A stretch of 64,000 nt of DNA from Saccostrea echinata (taxonomy: Eukaryota): assembly GCF_033153115.1 (NCBI RefSeq), contig NW_026889758.1, positions 21,018,001 through 21,082,000 on the forward strand, given 5' to 3'. The notes below the pieces were generated by a model. That model searched no databases and was not told the DNA's origin. It worked only from the letters and a program-made list of their open reading frames with translations. Positions within the stretch are counted from its first letter, which is position 1. Every line of letters begins with the position of its first letter. Of the stretch, positions 1 to 10,934 are shown one piece after another. A program made the translations under genes and the position numbers.

Positions 1-469
1 GCTGTAAGCGCATGCATCGCAATTCAATTCATTTGCTTCAAATGTTGGTAAAAGTTCACATAGTTTTATTTGTCATTCCTAAAAGCAACCCAATTCATCA
101 AATTCGAAGACAATGGTATTTGTAAAACAGCAAACACATCTACTTGTACCGAAAAAATGTCTTCTATAAAGCTTTGTAAGTTATGGTTGACTCTTTCTTT
201 CATTCTTGACAAAATACTACATACCATATTGCTCTATACCATTTATTGGAATTTAAAAGACACAACAATTTAATATGTTCTTTGGTCAAAACTAAATTCC
301 ACGGAGAAACTGTCATTTGAAAACGCAGCCAAATTTATTACAAGTTAGGGGGAGGGGGTGCCTGTTTCCATTTAATCTCCATTGAGATTCGACTTTGCTG
401 GATATTTTGACTGACGCCTGTCGAATCTGTCGAAAAGAAAAAAAAATCTGTCAAAATATTATTACTTCC

Positions 470-685
470 CATATTTATACACTCTGAATTGTCAACGGAT
501 TTTCATGTTTGCCCGATCATGACCTGAGCACAAGGAGGTTGTGACCGGTCGACAGGGGATGCTTACCCCTCCATGGCACCTGATCCCTCTGATGCTTTTA
601 GAGGTCCGTATTTGCTCTGCTCCCGATTTGTATTGTGTCAGTGGACTTTTCAACTTGATTACTGTACTCTATATTTCATTCTACA
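470..685 (+). mobile_element. Penelope-like element 3' end fragment
   Basis: GTGACCGGTCGACAGGGGATGCTTAC..GGCACCTGATCC motif shared with five other copies in the window. Confidence 0.7.
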
Positions 686-821
686 GTTTTGATTTGATTC
701 AACAAAACGAGTTACTAGTTAAGAAAACATCGGTGTTGCAATAGTTACTAAATATAGATATTTCTATGAAATTCAATAAAACTTAGTATACTTCAATAAG
801 GTACACAAAGCTGTATATAAG

Positions 822-1215
822 CAGGCGCAGATCCAGGAATTTTTTCCGGGGGGGGGGGGGGGGTCCGGAACCCCAGCCAAAAAAATTCAAACCCAGAATA
901 TCTGTTGACAAGCAAAAATAAAAACTTTCCCAAAGGTAACAAACCCAGTAAATTTCTTGACAAGCAAAAAAAAAAAGGGGGGGTTAGTCCATTCCTAAAC
1001 GTGAAAAAAAACCTATTTCATGGTGGGTCCGCGTTTTCGGGGGGGGGGGGTCCAAAGTCATTTTTTATTTGCTTCACTATATACATATTATAACCCCCCA
1101 CCCCCACCCCCGATCAGTTTTTAATTTTTTTAATTTTTTTAATTCTAAAGTCATTTTTTATTTGCTTCACTATATACATATTATAACCCCCCACCCCCAC
1201 CCCCGATCGGTTTTT
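822..1215 (+). mobile_element. CAGGCGC(A/G)GATCCAGG-type poly-G MITE, partial, with internal duplication
   Basis: Terminus matches the reverse complement of 45895-45919; 1054-1115 is duplicated at 1147-1208. Confidence 0.6.
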
Positions 1216-1219
1216 AATT

Positions 1220-1672
1220 AATGAATAATGTTGCAATGGCTTCAAGAAATACTTTTAGAATAACGTGTAGAATGCTCTCAAAATGTTACTCCTCATACAT
1301 GTACCATATTGGTATGATATCAATAAATCATGCATCGTCTCAAGCCACGGTCCGGAGTCCTCATATAGCTCTCTCCTATGGGAGAAGATCGTACATTTTG
1401 GCCGTGGTTTGCGACGATGTAAATCATGTGAACTAGTGAACTATACAAAAACTCATAATTCTACATGTATTTCTCGGCATTCCCATATTGTTTTTTTAGT
1501 AATCATAGCAACACTAGTACTATTCTTCGAAATCAAAAATTGATGAATAGAATTATGTATCTTACAGTAGTATACATGAGTATCAAGTTTTATTGAAATT
1601 TGACCAAAACCGTAGGAAGAGTAGCATTTTAAAAGAATTTCTCAGAAATTTATTTTCTGTTTTTTGTCAGTA
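1220..1672. repeat. Degenerate family-1 satellite monomers in both orientations
   Basis: Similar to the 156-bp monomer (GACCAAAACCGTAGGAAGAGTAGCATTTT). Confidence 0.55.
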
Positions 1673-1674
1673 AC

Positions 1675-2430
1675 ATAAGATCGTACGACTTTTCGACACT
1701 TTATACAACCATTCCTCACAATAAAGACTTTTTGATATTATAGACAACTACTTCTTCAATAAAAATGGAACTCGGAAATTTTCATATCTTGTGATTGGTC
1801 ATCTACAAAATTACTTTGTTAAAATCACTCTGATTCTACATTCAAGTACAATTGTACTCTGAAGTTCATATTAAAAGGATGCTGGAGTTCCTCAATGACA
1901 ACATCTATGTAGTCTTTAGACTGTTGGAATACCTATGGACACTAATCGTGCTCCTTTATTAGCCGACCTCTTCTTATATTCTATGAAGCAGTATTTATTT
2001 GAAAACTTCTACCCGAGAAGAAGAAAACACTTGCTATGGCCTTCAACTCGACATTCAGATATACATGTATCGAAGACGTTTTATCAATTAACAATAGAAA
2101 CTTCCATTCGTATGTCGGCTCGTTATATCCCAGTGAAATCGAAATCAAAGACATCACAGAGTCTGCCACATCTGTTTCATATTGGATGTTTTACTGACTA
2201 CAGAGGATAAGGGTCACCTAACAACTAAATTGTATGAAAACTAGATAACCTCAGCTTTTCCATAGTCAACTTTTCTTATTGATGCATTACTATTTCGCTA
2301 TCACTTGCATATAGTGTTAATGCATCACAACTTACTCGATACTCAAGAGCATGCTCCAGCATTCTCTGAGTACGATTAATTTTTAAACCGAGGCAGCTAC
2401 TGGCAGATAAGTTGATCTTATAGGGATTTC
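1675..2430 (+). mobile_element. Penelope-like (Naiad-type) RT remnant, 5' part, interrupted by the RTE
   Basis: Degenerate YDFSTLYTTIPH, GIPMDTNRAPLLADLFLY, FRYI-DVL and SQL-RY-RACS motifs. Confidence 0.8.
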
Positions 2431-4959
2431 ATGCATGAAACAGGTAAACAGGCTCAAGTTCTGAGAGAGATGAAGGAAAACAGGTTACATGTACTAGGGA
2501 TAAGTGAGTGTAGATGGACATATTGTGGGAAGAATATTGCCAGTACTGGTGAAGTTATTGTGTACTCTGGAAGAAGGGACAATCAAAATCATGAGGGAGT
2601 AGCAATCATTCTAAGTAAAACAGCAGCAAAAGCATTAGTAGAATACCATCCTGTAAATGAAAGAATCATCAGAGTAAGACTGAAAACAAAACCTGTACAG
2701 ACATCTATAATACAGGTTTATGCCCCTACAAATGAAGCAGAAGATGAGATTAAAGAGGAATTCTATGGGGCTCTACAGGCCGAATTTCAAAAAGTTCCAA
2801 AGCAAGATCTGACGATCATCATGGGAGATCTTAATGCGAAAGTTGGAAGCGATAATGTCGGTTATGAAAGGGTTATGGGGAGGCATGGCTGTGGAAATAT
2901 GAATGAGAATGGCGAATACTTCATGGAATTCTGTGGAAACAACAACATGGCCATTGGTGGTACACTGTTCCAGCATAAGGAGATACACAAATTTACATGG
3001 ATGTCACCTGGAGGGAGAGATAAAAACCAAATCGACCACATTGCTATCAATGGTAAATTTAAAAGATCTTTACAGGATGTAGGAGTGAAGCGTGGTGCTG
3101 ATGTTGGAAGTGATACCACCTTGTTACTGCCAACATAAAGCTCAAACTGATGAAAGTAGAGCCAAAAAGCAACAATAGGCGAATAGATACAGGCAAGCTA
3201 AGAGAAAACAAAGTTAGACCAGACTTTAGAATAGAGCTCAAGAACAGATTTCAGGTCTTGCAATGTGGTGATGTTGAGAATGAGGAAGTGGTTGACGAGC
3301 ACTGGTGTAAAATCTGCAACTTATTCAGTGAAACAAGCAAGAAGACTCTAGGGTTCAAGAGGCATGCAAGTGCATAAGGAATGGATTACACCAGATACTT
3401 GGAAAATCATTGATAAAAGGAAAGGCCTTAAAACTAAGTTATGTAACACCCACTCGGAAAGAATAAAAGAGAGACTAAGAGAACAATATTCCAACTGTAA
3501 TAGAGATGTAAAGAAAGCAACAAAGAAAGATCGTAAAAGCTTTATAGAAGGTATGGCAAGAGAAGCCGAGAAAGCTGCTTCTGAACAAAGAATGGGAGAT
3601 CTCTATCAAATAACAAAATAGTTGAGTGGAAGGAAAAGAAAAACAAACATGCCAGTGAAAGACAAGCAAGACAACCTTATTACATCTGAAAGAGAAAAAA
3701 ATGAAAGATGGAGAGAACATTTTGAAGAAGTATTGAATCGCCCAGAGCCTAACGAGCTGGCACACATACAGGAAGTTGACACTGATTTAGAAATTGAAAC
3801 AGAGGAACCATCTAAAGCTGAAATATACAAAGCAATAACATTCCTTAAGAACAACAAAGCACCTGAAAATGACCAACTGCCAGCAGAGTTATTTAAAGCA
3901 GATCCAAACCTAGCAGGAGGTATTTTACTCCCATTATTCACCAAGATCTGGAATAATAACACAATACCTACGACATGGTCCAAAGGAAATATCATCAAAC
4001 TGCCAAAAAATCTAACTGCAATAACTGGAGGGGCATCACCTTACTATCAATACCTAGTAAGATTTTCAGCAGAATAATAATCGATAGAATTAAGACTGCA
4101 GTTGATGCCAAAATAAGACAGGAGCAAGCAGGTTTTAGGAAAGGAAAAAGCTGTTGTGACCAGGTGTTTACCCTAAGAAACATTATAGAGCAATGTACAG
4201 AGTGGCAAAGGCAGCTTATAATAAACTTTATAGATTTTGAAAAAGCCTTTGACAGTATCCACAGAGAAAGGTTATGGAAGATCTTAAGGCATTATGGAAT
4301 GCCATCAAAGATAGCTTCTTACTTGGAGTTTAATTGCTCTATAGGCAGCTCATCAGAGGCATGCTTCATAGTAAAATCTGGCGTGAGGCAGGGCTGTGTG
4401 ATGTCAGCTCTCCTTTTTATACTAGCAATAGACTGGGTAATGAAATCAACCCTTAGTGGCGACAACACAGGAATAAGATGGACTATTTTTACCAGTCTTG
4501 AAGATCTAGAGTACGCAGATGACTTGGCCCTACTCTCACATCTAGAAAAACATATGCAAAGTAAAACATCAAAATTAAAGAGTAATGCAGAAAAAATTGG
4601 ACTGAAGATCAATACCAAGAAAACTGAAGTTATGTCATTCAACACAAACAACCATCAAGAATACAGGTAGATGGAAATAACCTGAGCAACACAACAACAT
4701 TTACCTATCTTGGCAGCATAGTAACAACAGATGGGGTGCGGACAAAGATATAAAGTCCAGACTAAGTAAAGCTAGGGGTGCCTTCATCAGCCTCAAGAGC
4801 ATCTGGAAAACAAATGATATAAGTAGAAGGACAAAAATAAGAATCTAATCTATAACAGCTGCGTCCTGTCTGTCCTACTCTATGGGGAGAACTGGAAAAA
4901 AATGCTCGATAGAGAGAAGTGGAAAAATCTAGTCATTGCCCTATGTGCCCACGGGCATA
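2431..4959 (+). mobile_element. RTE-clade non-LTR retrotransposon, degenerate (APE endonuclease + RT)
   Basis: GISECRW, QVYAPT, MGDLNAKVG, NQIDHI (APE); NWRGITLLS, QAGFR, FIDFEKAFDS, GVRQGC, YADD (RT). Several frameshifts, a stop at 3619-3621, internal deletions near 4320 and 4890. RTE-like 3' end GCCCTATGTGCCCACGGGCATA. Confidence 0.93.
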
Positions 4960-5255
4960 ACAACCTTGACAACATTTCGTAGATTCTATGGTCGTAATAG
5001 TAACCTTGTTAGAAACTATAACTTTCCAGTGAGTCGTATTTTGACTGACATGTTAGGCTTTCATTTTTATACTAAATTTGACTACGGAATGTTCCGTCTT
5101 TCTTATCAATACACAGAGCTCAAGCCGATATACTCCTAAGCACCTGATCTCACCTCTGGAGTTACCGGGGGTCCGTGTTTTATGTCCTGTTAACAGATTT
5201 GTATTGTGGTATATTTTTTTTTAGATTGATCATTTCGTTATCTTCACCTTTTTCA
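4960..5255 (+). mobile_element. Penelope-like remnant, 3' part (FRRFYGR + 3' UTR)
   Basis: Continues the interrupted frame and carries the family GCACCTGATC..CCTCTG..GGTCCGTGTTT 3' motif. Confidence 0.78.
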
Positions 5256-6139
5256 TTAAGTAATCATGGCAATACCGTTCGTTGAAATAGAAAAAAACGA
5301 ATACAGAATTAGGTATTTTAGTTTAGTCTTGTGTACCATGTATTCAGGAAAAAGTCGTAGGAGAGTAGCATTTTGAACAAATAGAGAGACGGACGGACGA
5401 CTAACTTTTTTAAAACCATGATTGTCCTCATAAACTTGTATGGAATAAAAGTTTCTTTAAAAAATTGAGTCAGTTTATAATCGCCGAGCAAGGAATGAAA
5501 CGACACTTTTGTGTCACAACATTATTATTCTTTCATGAAATATTTCAAACATATAAGGAGAACAAGTAAATAAGTAAATAAATAATAAGTAAATAAAGCT
5601 CTGCTTAAGATTCTTCATCCCTCTGTTCAATCATCTTAAATTTTGCTTTAACACTAATCCCCCCCCCCCCAATTAAATTTATTATCAAGATGTAAAATCG
5701 TACAATTTCAGCATACTTTGCAGGGAAAAGTGTGCAGGGAAAATTTTGACTGAAATGGCCTTCTACCTTGAAAATTTTATAAAGGAATAATAGTGATTTG
5801 TTCCATTGAGAGTTATCTCTCTTATCAGAAGGTTAATCAACCTTTCATTTTATTTGATAACCGCTGGTATTTCACAGGCCCGTAGAACGCAAGGGGTTCA
5901 TGGGTGGCGTACCCTTTTTTCTGAGTATAGTCTATTGCTGTAGTTTTAATATGGGGATATTCATTTACAAGCTGCCCCCACCCTCACACACGGACACACT
6001 TTTTTGTTGCTGTAAGGTCAAACAATGGCAAATTCCAGCATTTGAAGAAAAAATGTTCAAAAGGTTAGTGCCAACATCACACCTCAAAATGGGATCTTTG
6101 AGTTTTTTCCAATTATTTTTGGTGGTTGCCTCCTTTTCG

Positions 6140-6449
6140 AGATTTTTTTTCATTCATATATAGAGACGTCACCATATACCGGTGAAGGGCTTCAAATATG
6201 GACCTTTACTTCAGGGACATTGAGCAGTGAGGGTTCTTTATCGTGCCAACGCCTACCGCGACACGGGGCCTCGATTTTTAAGGTCTCATCTGAAAGACCC
6301 GCAACTTTCACTTCAAATGCCGAGCGCCTGGCGAAGGAACGGTTGCTACCTATTTTTTTTATCGACTTAGGCCAGTCGCGGCCACGATTCGAATACACGA
6401 CCTTCCGATCACAAAGCGATTGCTCTACCGATTGAGCTACCGTGACGGT
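6140..6449 (-). mobile_element. tRNA-derived SINE (family A)
   Basis: Head reads GGTAGCTCAATCGGTAGAGC..TTCGAATC (A and B boxes). The body is related to the neighbouring SINEs. Confidence 0.8.
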
Positions 6450-6622
6450 TTTTGGAAAGCTCAGATAACTTCTGAGAACCTCGAATTTAGTTACAAAAAC
6501 TTAAGGATGGAATACTTCTGTAAACCATAAGATTGATTTATGTGATACATGAGTCTTTAAGATATCCACTCCTCGGTCTTTAAGGTCTTATCCGAGTGAC
6601 CCGCAACTTTCATTTCGAAGTG

Positions 6623-6926
6623 GTCGCTCACGTGGCGCAGTGGTTAGAGCGTTTGCTCTAGAATCGCGCAGTAAGGAGTTGATCCTTACGTCGCTGGTTC
6701 GAATCCCACTGTGGGACGTGGAGACCGGTCCTTCGGATGAGATCGTATAAACCGAGGTTCCGTGTCGCAGTAGGTGCTGGCACGAAAAAGATCCCTCACT
6801 GCTCAATGGCCCTCAGTGCCGAGTATAGGTCAAAATTTGCAGCTCTCCACCGGCAAGTGGTGGCGTCTCCATATGAGTGAAAAATTCTCGAGAGGGACCT
6901 TAAACAATAATAAACGAACAAACAAA
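6623..6926 (+). mobile_element. Full-length tRNA-derived SINE (family B) with a 12-bp TSD
   Basis: A box TGGCGCAGTGG, B box GTTCGAATCC, (AAAC)n-like tail. TSD catttcgaagtg (6611-6622) / catttcaaagtg (6927-6938). Confidence 0.88.
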
Positions 6927-7346
6927 CATTTCAAAGTGCCGAGTGCTTAGCGAAGGAACAGATGCTACCTGAAGCAGAGTTGTAATCAAGATCAAAAATA
7001 TCCCTTCGTTTCTCGGTAGTTACATTGTGATGACTTCTTGTTTCTTTTCGTTGTTCCCTTCGGTCCTTAGCAGGTCATGTGACCTGAAGGGTATATATAC
7101 TGAGACAATCGGGTTGCATAGTTAGTCTTTTTCTGACGACTGGGTTAGAAAGAAGGTCGAAAAAAGAGGAGCTAAACGTTGTAGGTACTGCAAGGGATAC
7201 CTTGAATAAAGTCTTACGTGCCTGAAATAGGCTTTCGGGACTTTTTTTGGTTATATATATTATATATAGTACCTTTATACACTTGTTTGGCTAAAGGTAA
7301 GAAGCCAATGCGCGTCAGTCCTTGGAAGGTCCTTGAATAGATATGG

Positions 7347-8103
7347 AAAAGTTTAAAGTTTTTCAATTGTAAGTCAAACATCAAGGCCAAGGTCAAAATT
7401 AATGGTGCCTAAGGAAAGGCCTTCTCACAAGAAATATACAGGTGAAATATGAAATCTGAAGACCCAATCGTTCAAAAGTTATGACCAAGGTTAAAGTAGG
7501 CAAACTCCAAGGTCAGGGTCAATGGATTACAACTGTTGGTATCCAAAGGAAGGTCTTGTCACAAGGGTAAAAACATGTTAAATATCAAAGCCCTAGCAAC
7601 AACTTTTAAAAAGTAGGTCAAAGGTCAAGGTCAAAGTTGTTGGTATCCAAAGAAAGGTCTTGTCACAAGGATTACATATGTGAAGTATGAAAGCCCTAGC
7701 ACCAGCCGTTCAAAAGTTATAGCCAATGTTAAAGTTTTTCAAAAGTAGGTCAGACTCCAAGGTCAAGATCAAAGGGTCAAAGTTGTTGGTATCCAAAGGA
7801 AGGTCTTGTCACAAGAATTACACATGTGAAATATGAAAGCGCTAGCATCAATTGTTCAAAAGTTATGGCCAAGGTTAAAGTTGGGAAAAATTTTGCAAAA
7901 CTGGGTCAAACTCCAAGGTCAAGGTCAAGAATGTTGGTACCCAAAGAAAGGTCTTGTGACAAGGAATATACTTTTGAAATATGAAAGCCATACCTCCAAC
8001 CAATCAAAAGTTATGGCCAATGTTAAAGTTTTTGGGGACAAACAGACAGACGAACAGGGCAAAAACTATATACCCCCGAATCTTCGATACGGGGGCATAA
8101 AAA
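7347..8103 (+). mobile_element. HINE-like element family 2 (~140-150-bp GGTCAAGGTCA tandem array), 5'-truncated
   Basis: Repeated AAGGTCTTGTCACAAG monomers, GACA tract, 3' hairpin CCCCCG..CGGGGG. Confidence 0.8.
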
Positions 8104-8407
8104 TTGATTAATTCTTAAATTGTTCAGATAGAACAGCCGAATCCCATAAAAGAACCCGGAAACGTTATATTACCTACTTTTTATCGACTTTGGTCAGTCG
8201 CGGCCTTGATTCGAACACACGACCTTCAGATCACGGAGCGAGCGCTCTACCGACTGAGCAACCATGACGGTAATTATGAATGAGAGGAAGTTGAAAAATA
8301 ATTCTTGCTACCGTTTTTTGATTTTTTTTTATAGATCATCTCTTTTAGCAAAAAAAAAAAAAAAAAAAAATCAATTAGTAATGAGGACATAACATTGGAC
8401 AATAATT

Positions 8408-8578
8408 GTCATGTTGTAAATTCTGAAATTTACCGGGTGACAGTTCATACAAAATTTACAATATGACAACTGCGTGTAGTTGACTGTTAATACAAAATTT
8501 ACAACATGACAACTAGTAGTCATGTTGTAAATATTGTATTTACTGCCACCCAGTAAATTCAAAATTTCTAACATGACA
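8408..8578. repeat. Foldback/MITE palindrome
   Basis: TGTCATGTTGTAAAT..GGGTGACAGT arm and its reverse complement; a related palindrome lies at 47089-47204. Confidence 0.6.
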
Positions 8579-9509
8579 TAATCATTTTGAAAAATGATTC
8601 TTGCTTTTTCATATATTTTTATCTCTTATGCTGTAGAAGATCGCGTACATCAGTAACAGTTTTTTAATGCTGTACACCAGCTGACATAATGATTGTGTGA
8701 TGAATACTGCTAAATAGATTTTATAAGCCTAGTGTTGAAATACTAACCAGTTCATATATAATCAGTTAGTGTTATTTTAAGAATGTCATCAATGCCTTGA
8801 AAATATATGAAGTATTTATTTTGTTTAAAAAATAAAGCAGCTTTTGCGCTGCTCAAGCGTTCCACAACTTTTAAATTAGTATTTCTCACAATGACGCAAA
8901 TCTATGAGGAAATACGTAAAAAAAAAAAAAACATATTGATTTGTGATAAGCAATATTTTGAAGAAAAAATAGATTCATCGTCAAGTAAACATCTAGATCT
9001 AAGCTATCCAATTTCATAACAAATCTTTCACAACTACATGTAATATTACAAATGCAATTCCGTAAATGTTTACAATTAAGTTATATGGAAACCTCTTTTT
9101 AAAATATCTGCAGTTTCACTTCAAACAATACAGGCAACGAAGGAAATTTTTTTAAACAATGATGCAATGATATATACAAATATAGGCCATCCGATCTTCC
9201 GTTGAACAACATGAAACTTTCAAAGTGCTACGCAGATCTTTTTTCTTCGAGAAAGTCGTCATTTTGAGTTCTTTCAGTATTTGTGATCCATGAATACGTA
9301 TATTCTTATGAATGCATAAGAACAAATTGATAAAGTATTGCTTCTTGATAAATTACGATTTCAATCAGAATGTTAATGTATATTGGATTAGACTATTAAT
9401 CTTTGCTATCAAGATCCAATGACGATTTCATTTTATATACTAGTAACTATATTTTTATTAGAAGTACGTGTTCCTTGTGCAGACGTACATGGGACCATTT
9501 TTTTTTGTT

Positions 9510-10934
9510 TTTGGCTTTTCATTTCTCGTTCGAATGGCCTTTTCTGATCGAAGTTTGTTTGTCGTCCGTCTGTTATCTTTTTGACTTCTCCAAAACCACT
9601 GGACGAAATTTGGCATAGATTATTTTCAGGTGAAAGGGAATAAGATTTTGTTCAAATCAGGACCATGTTCACGAGATATAATCAAGAAAAGACGAAAATA
9701 GGATGACATTATTTTTTAAAAAGGGACACAGTCAGAAGTGAAACTTGAGTAAAAGCTTTCAGACAGTGTAATTTCAGAAAGTATGATGGGGCCATGATAG
9801 GGGAACAAAGTTCTGCGTGGGAAAATATACATGTATTAATATTTTTTGTTCTTCTCAAAAATCAATTTTCTCAAGAACAACGGGGCCATAATTGGTCATA
9901 AATATTCAAGCAGCCTCAGGTAATGCATATTTGATTTTGTTCAAATCTTGGCCCCAGGGGCAGGGTTGGGCCAAAATAAGTTATTTTATTCAACCTTGGC
10001 CCCGGATTTATAATGGATTCACATATAAATACATGTGGGGGAATCTTTAAAAACCATCTTCCTAAAACAGTAGTTCAGCAATTACTCATATTGATCTGCA
10101 ATCATTCCAATGTAATGCTAATTCATCGTGCAAAATAGTCTCCCATCGCGTCGATTCAAGTTTGTTCAAATAACTAGAGCACGCCAATTTCGTAAAAATT
10201 AGCTAAATACAGTTTTACTGTTGATAAACTATGTTTATTAATTAGAAACTATAGTTTACAAAGTGTGAACTATAGTTTACAAAGTGTAAAACTATAGTTT
10301 ACAAAGCATACACTACTGTAACTTACGACGTTACTAAAGGTCCCACTACAAGCAAATTTTTGTTTGTAGAAACAGTTTTAACAATGATCAAATGTTGTTA
10401 ATGTTCCTAATTGTTGTTGCCCAAGAGTTACATCCTTGCAAACCATAGTTATGTGAAGCTAACAAAAATGTTTCACTTCAACGTTTTTAATTTTTTCAAG
10501 AGATATTTTAAGTACAAATTAATTAATTAAAAAAACCCATTTAGCCCTTTAATCCACGAGTATTGGCAAAATGATATTGAAATTATTTCGCATATGTTTA
10601 TGAAGTGCAAGCTAAGAACTATGTTTAGCTCATTTTTGTGAATTTGGAGAGCCACAAAAAACGGCGGGGCTTAAATCAAGAATGAGATCTTACATAATAT
10701 ATGTACCAGGGTATATAAGAAAATCTTTTATAGAACAGCTACTTTAGATATGCTGATATATGTATTTAGAATTCTCATGAAGTGTTGATTGAAGTTTGGT
10801 AATAGCCCTTCCGGCTAGAGTGGGGCTACAACATTGGGTCAAATTTACATGAATAATAGAGGAAAATCTTTTTATAAACCGATTTTCGGAAGGTAGCAGT
10901 GCCAAGGTGATTCAGGTAAGCGCTGGGCTTTTGT
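9510..10934 (-). mobile_element. Old family-3 HINE-like copy, apparently interrupted by a MITE (~10178-10671)
   Basis: GTCGTCCGTCTG tract, TTGTTCAAAT monomer motifs, TCAGGTAAGCG end. The insert has AGCACGCC / GGCGGGGCT ends and three copies of a 22-bp repeat. Confidence 0.5.

Larger units (their letters stand above)
6569..8271 (-). mobile_element. Second family-A SINE, broken into three pieces (6569-6622, 6939-6970, 8171-8271)
   Basis: The pieces are collinear with the 6140-6449 copy. Confidence 0.75.

Noticed and set aside
579-592. CACCTGATCCC as a 5S rRNA remnant or a SECIS element in the PLE 3' end
   Set aside because: The match to 5S is only about 11 nt with no overall 5S layout, and I could see no AUGA..AA..GA kink-turn arrangement.
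6375-6449. tRNA genes at 6375-6449, 6626-6715 and 8197-8271
   Set aside because: The acceptor and anticodon stems pair poorly and each runs into a SINE body. These are SINE heads, not tRNA genes.
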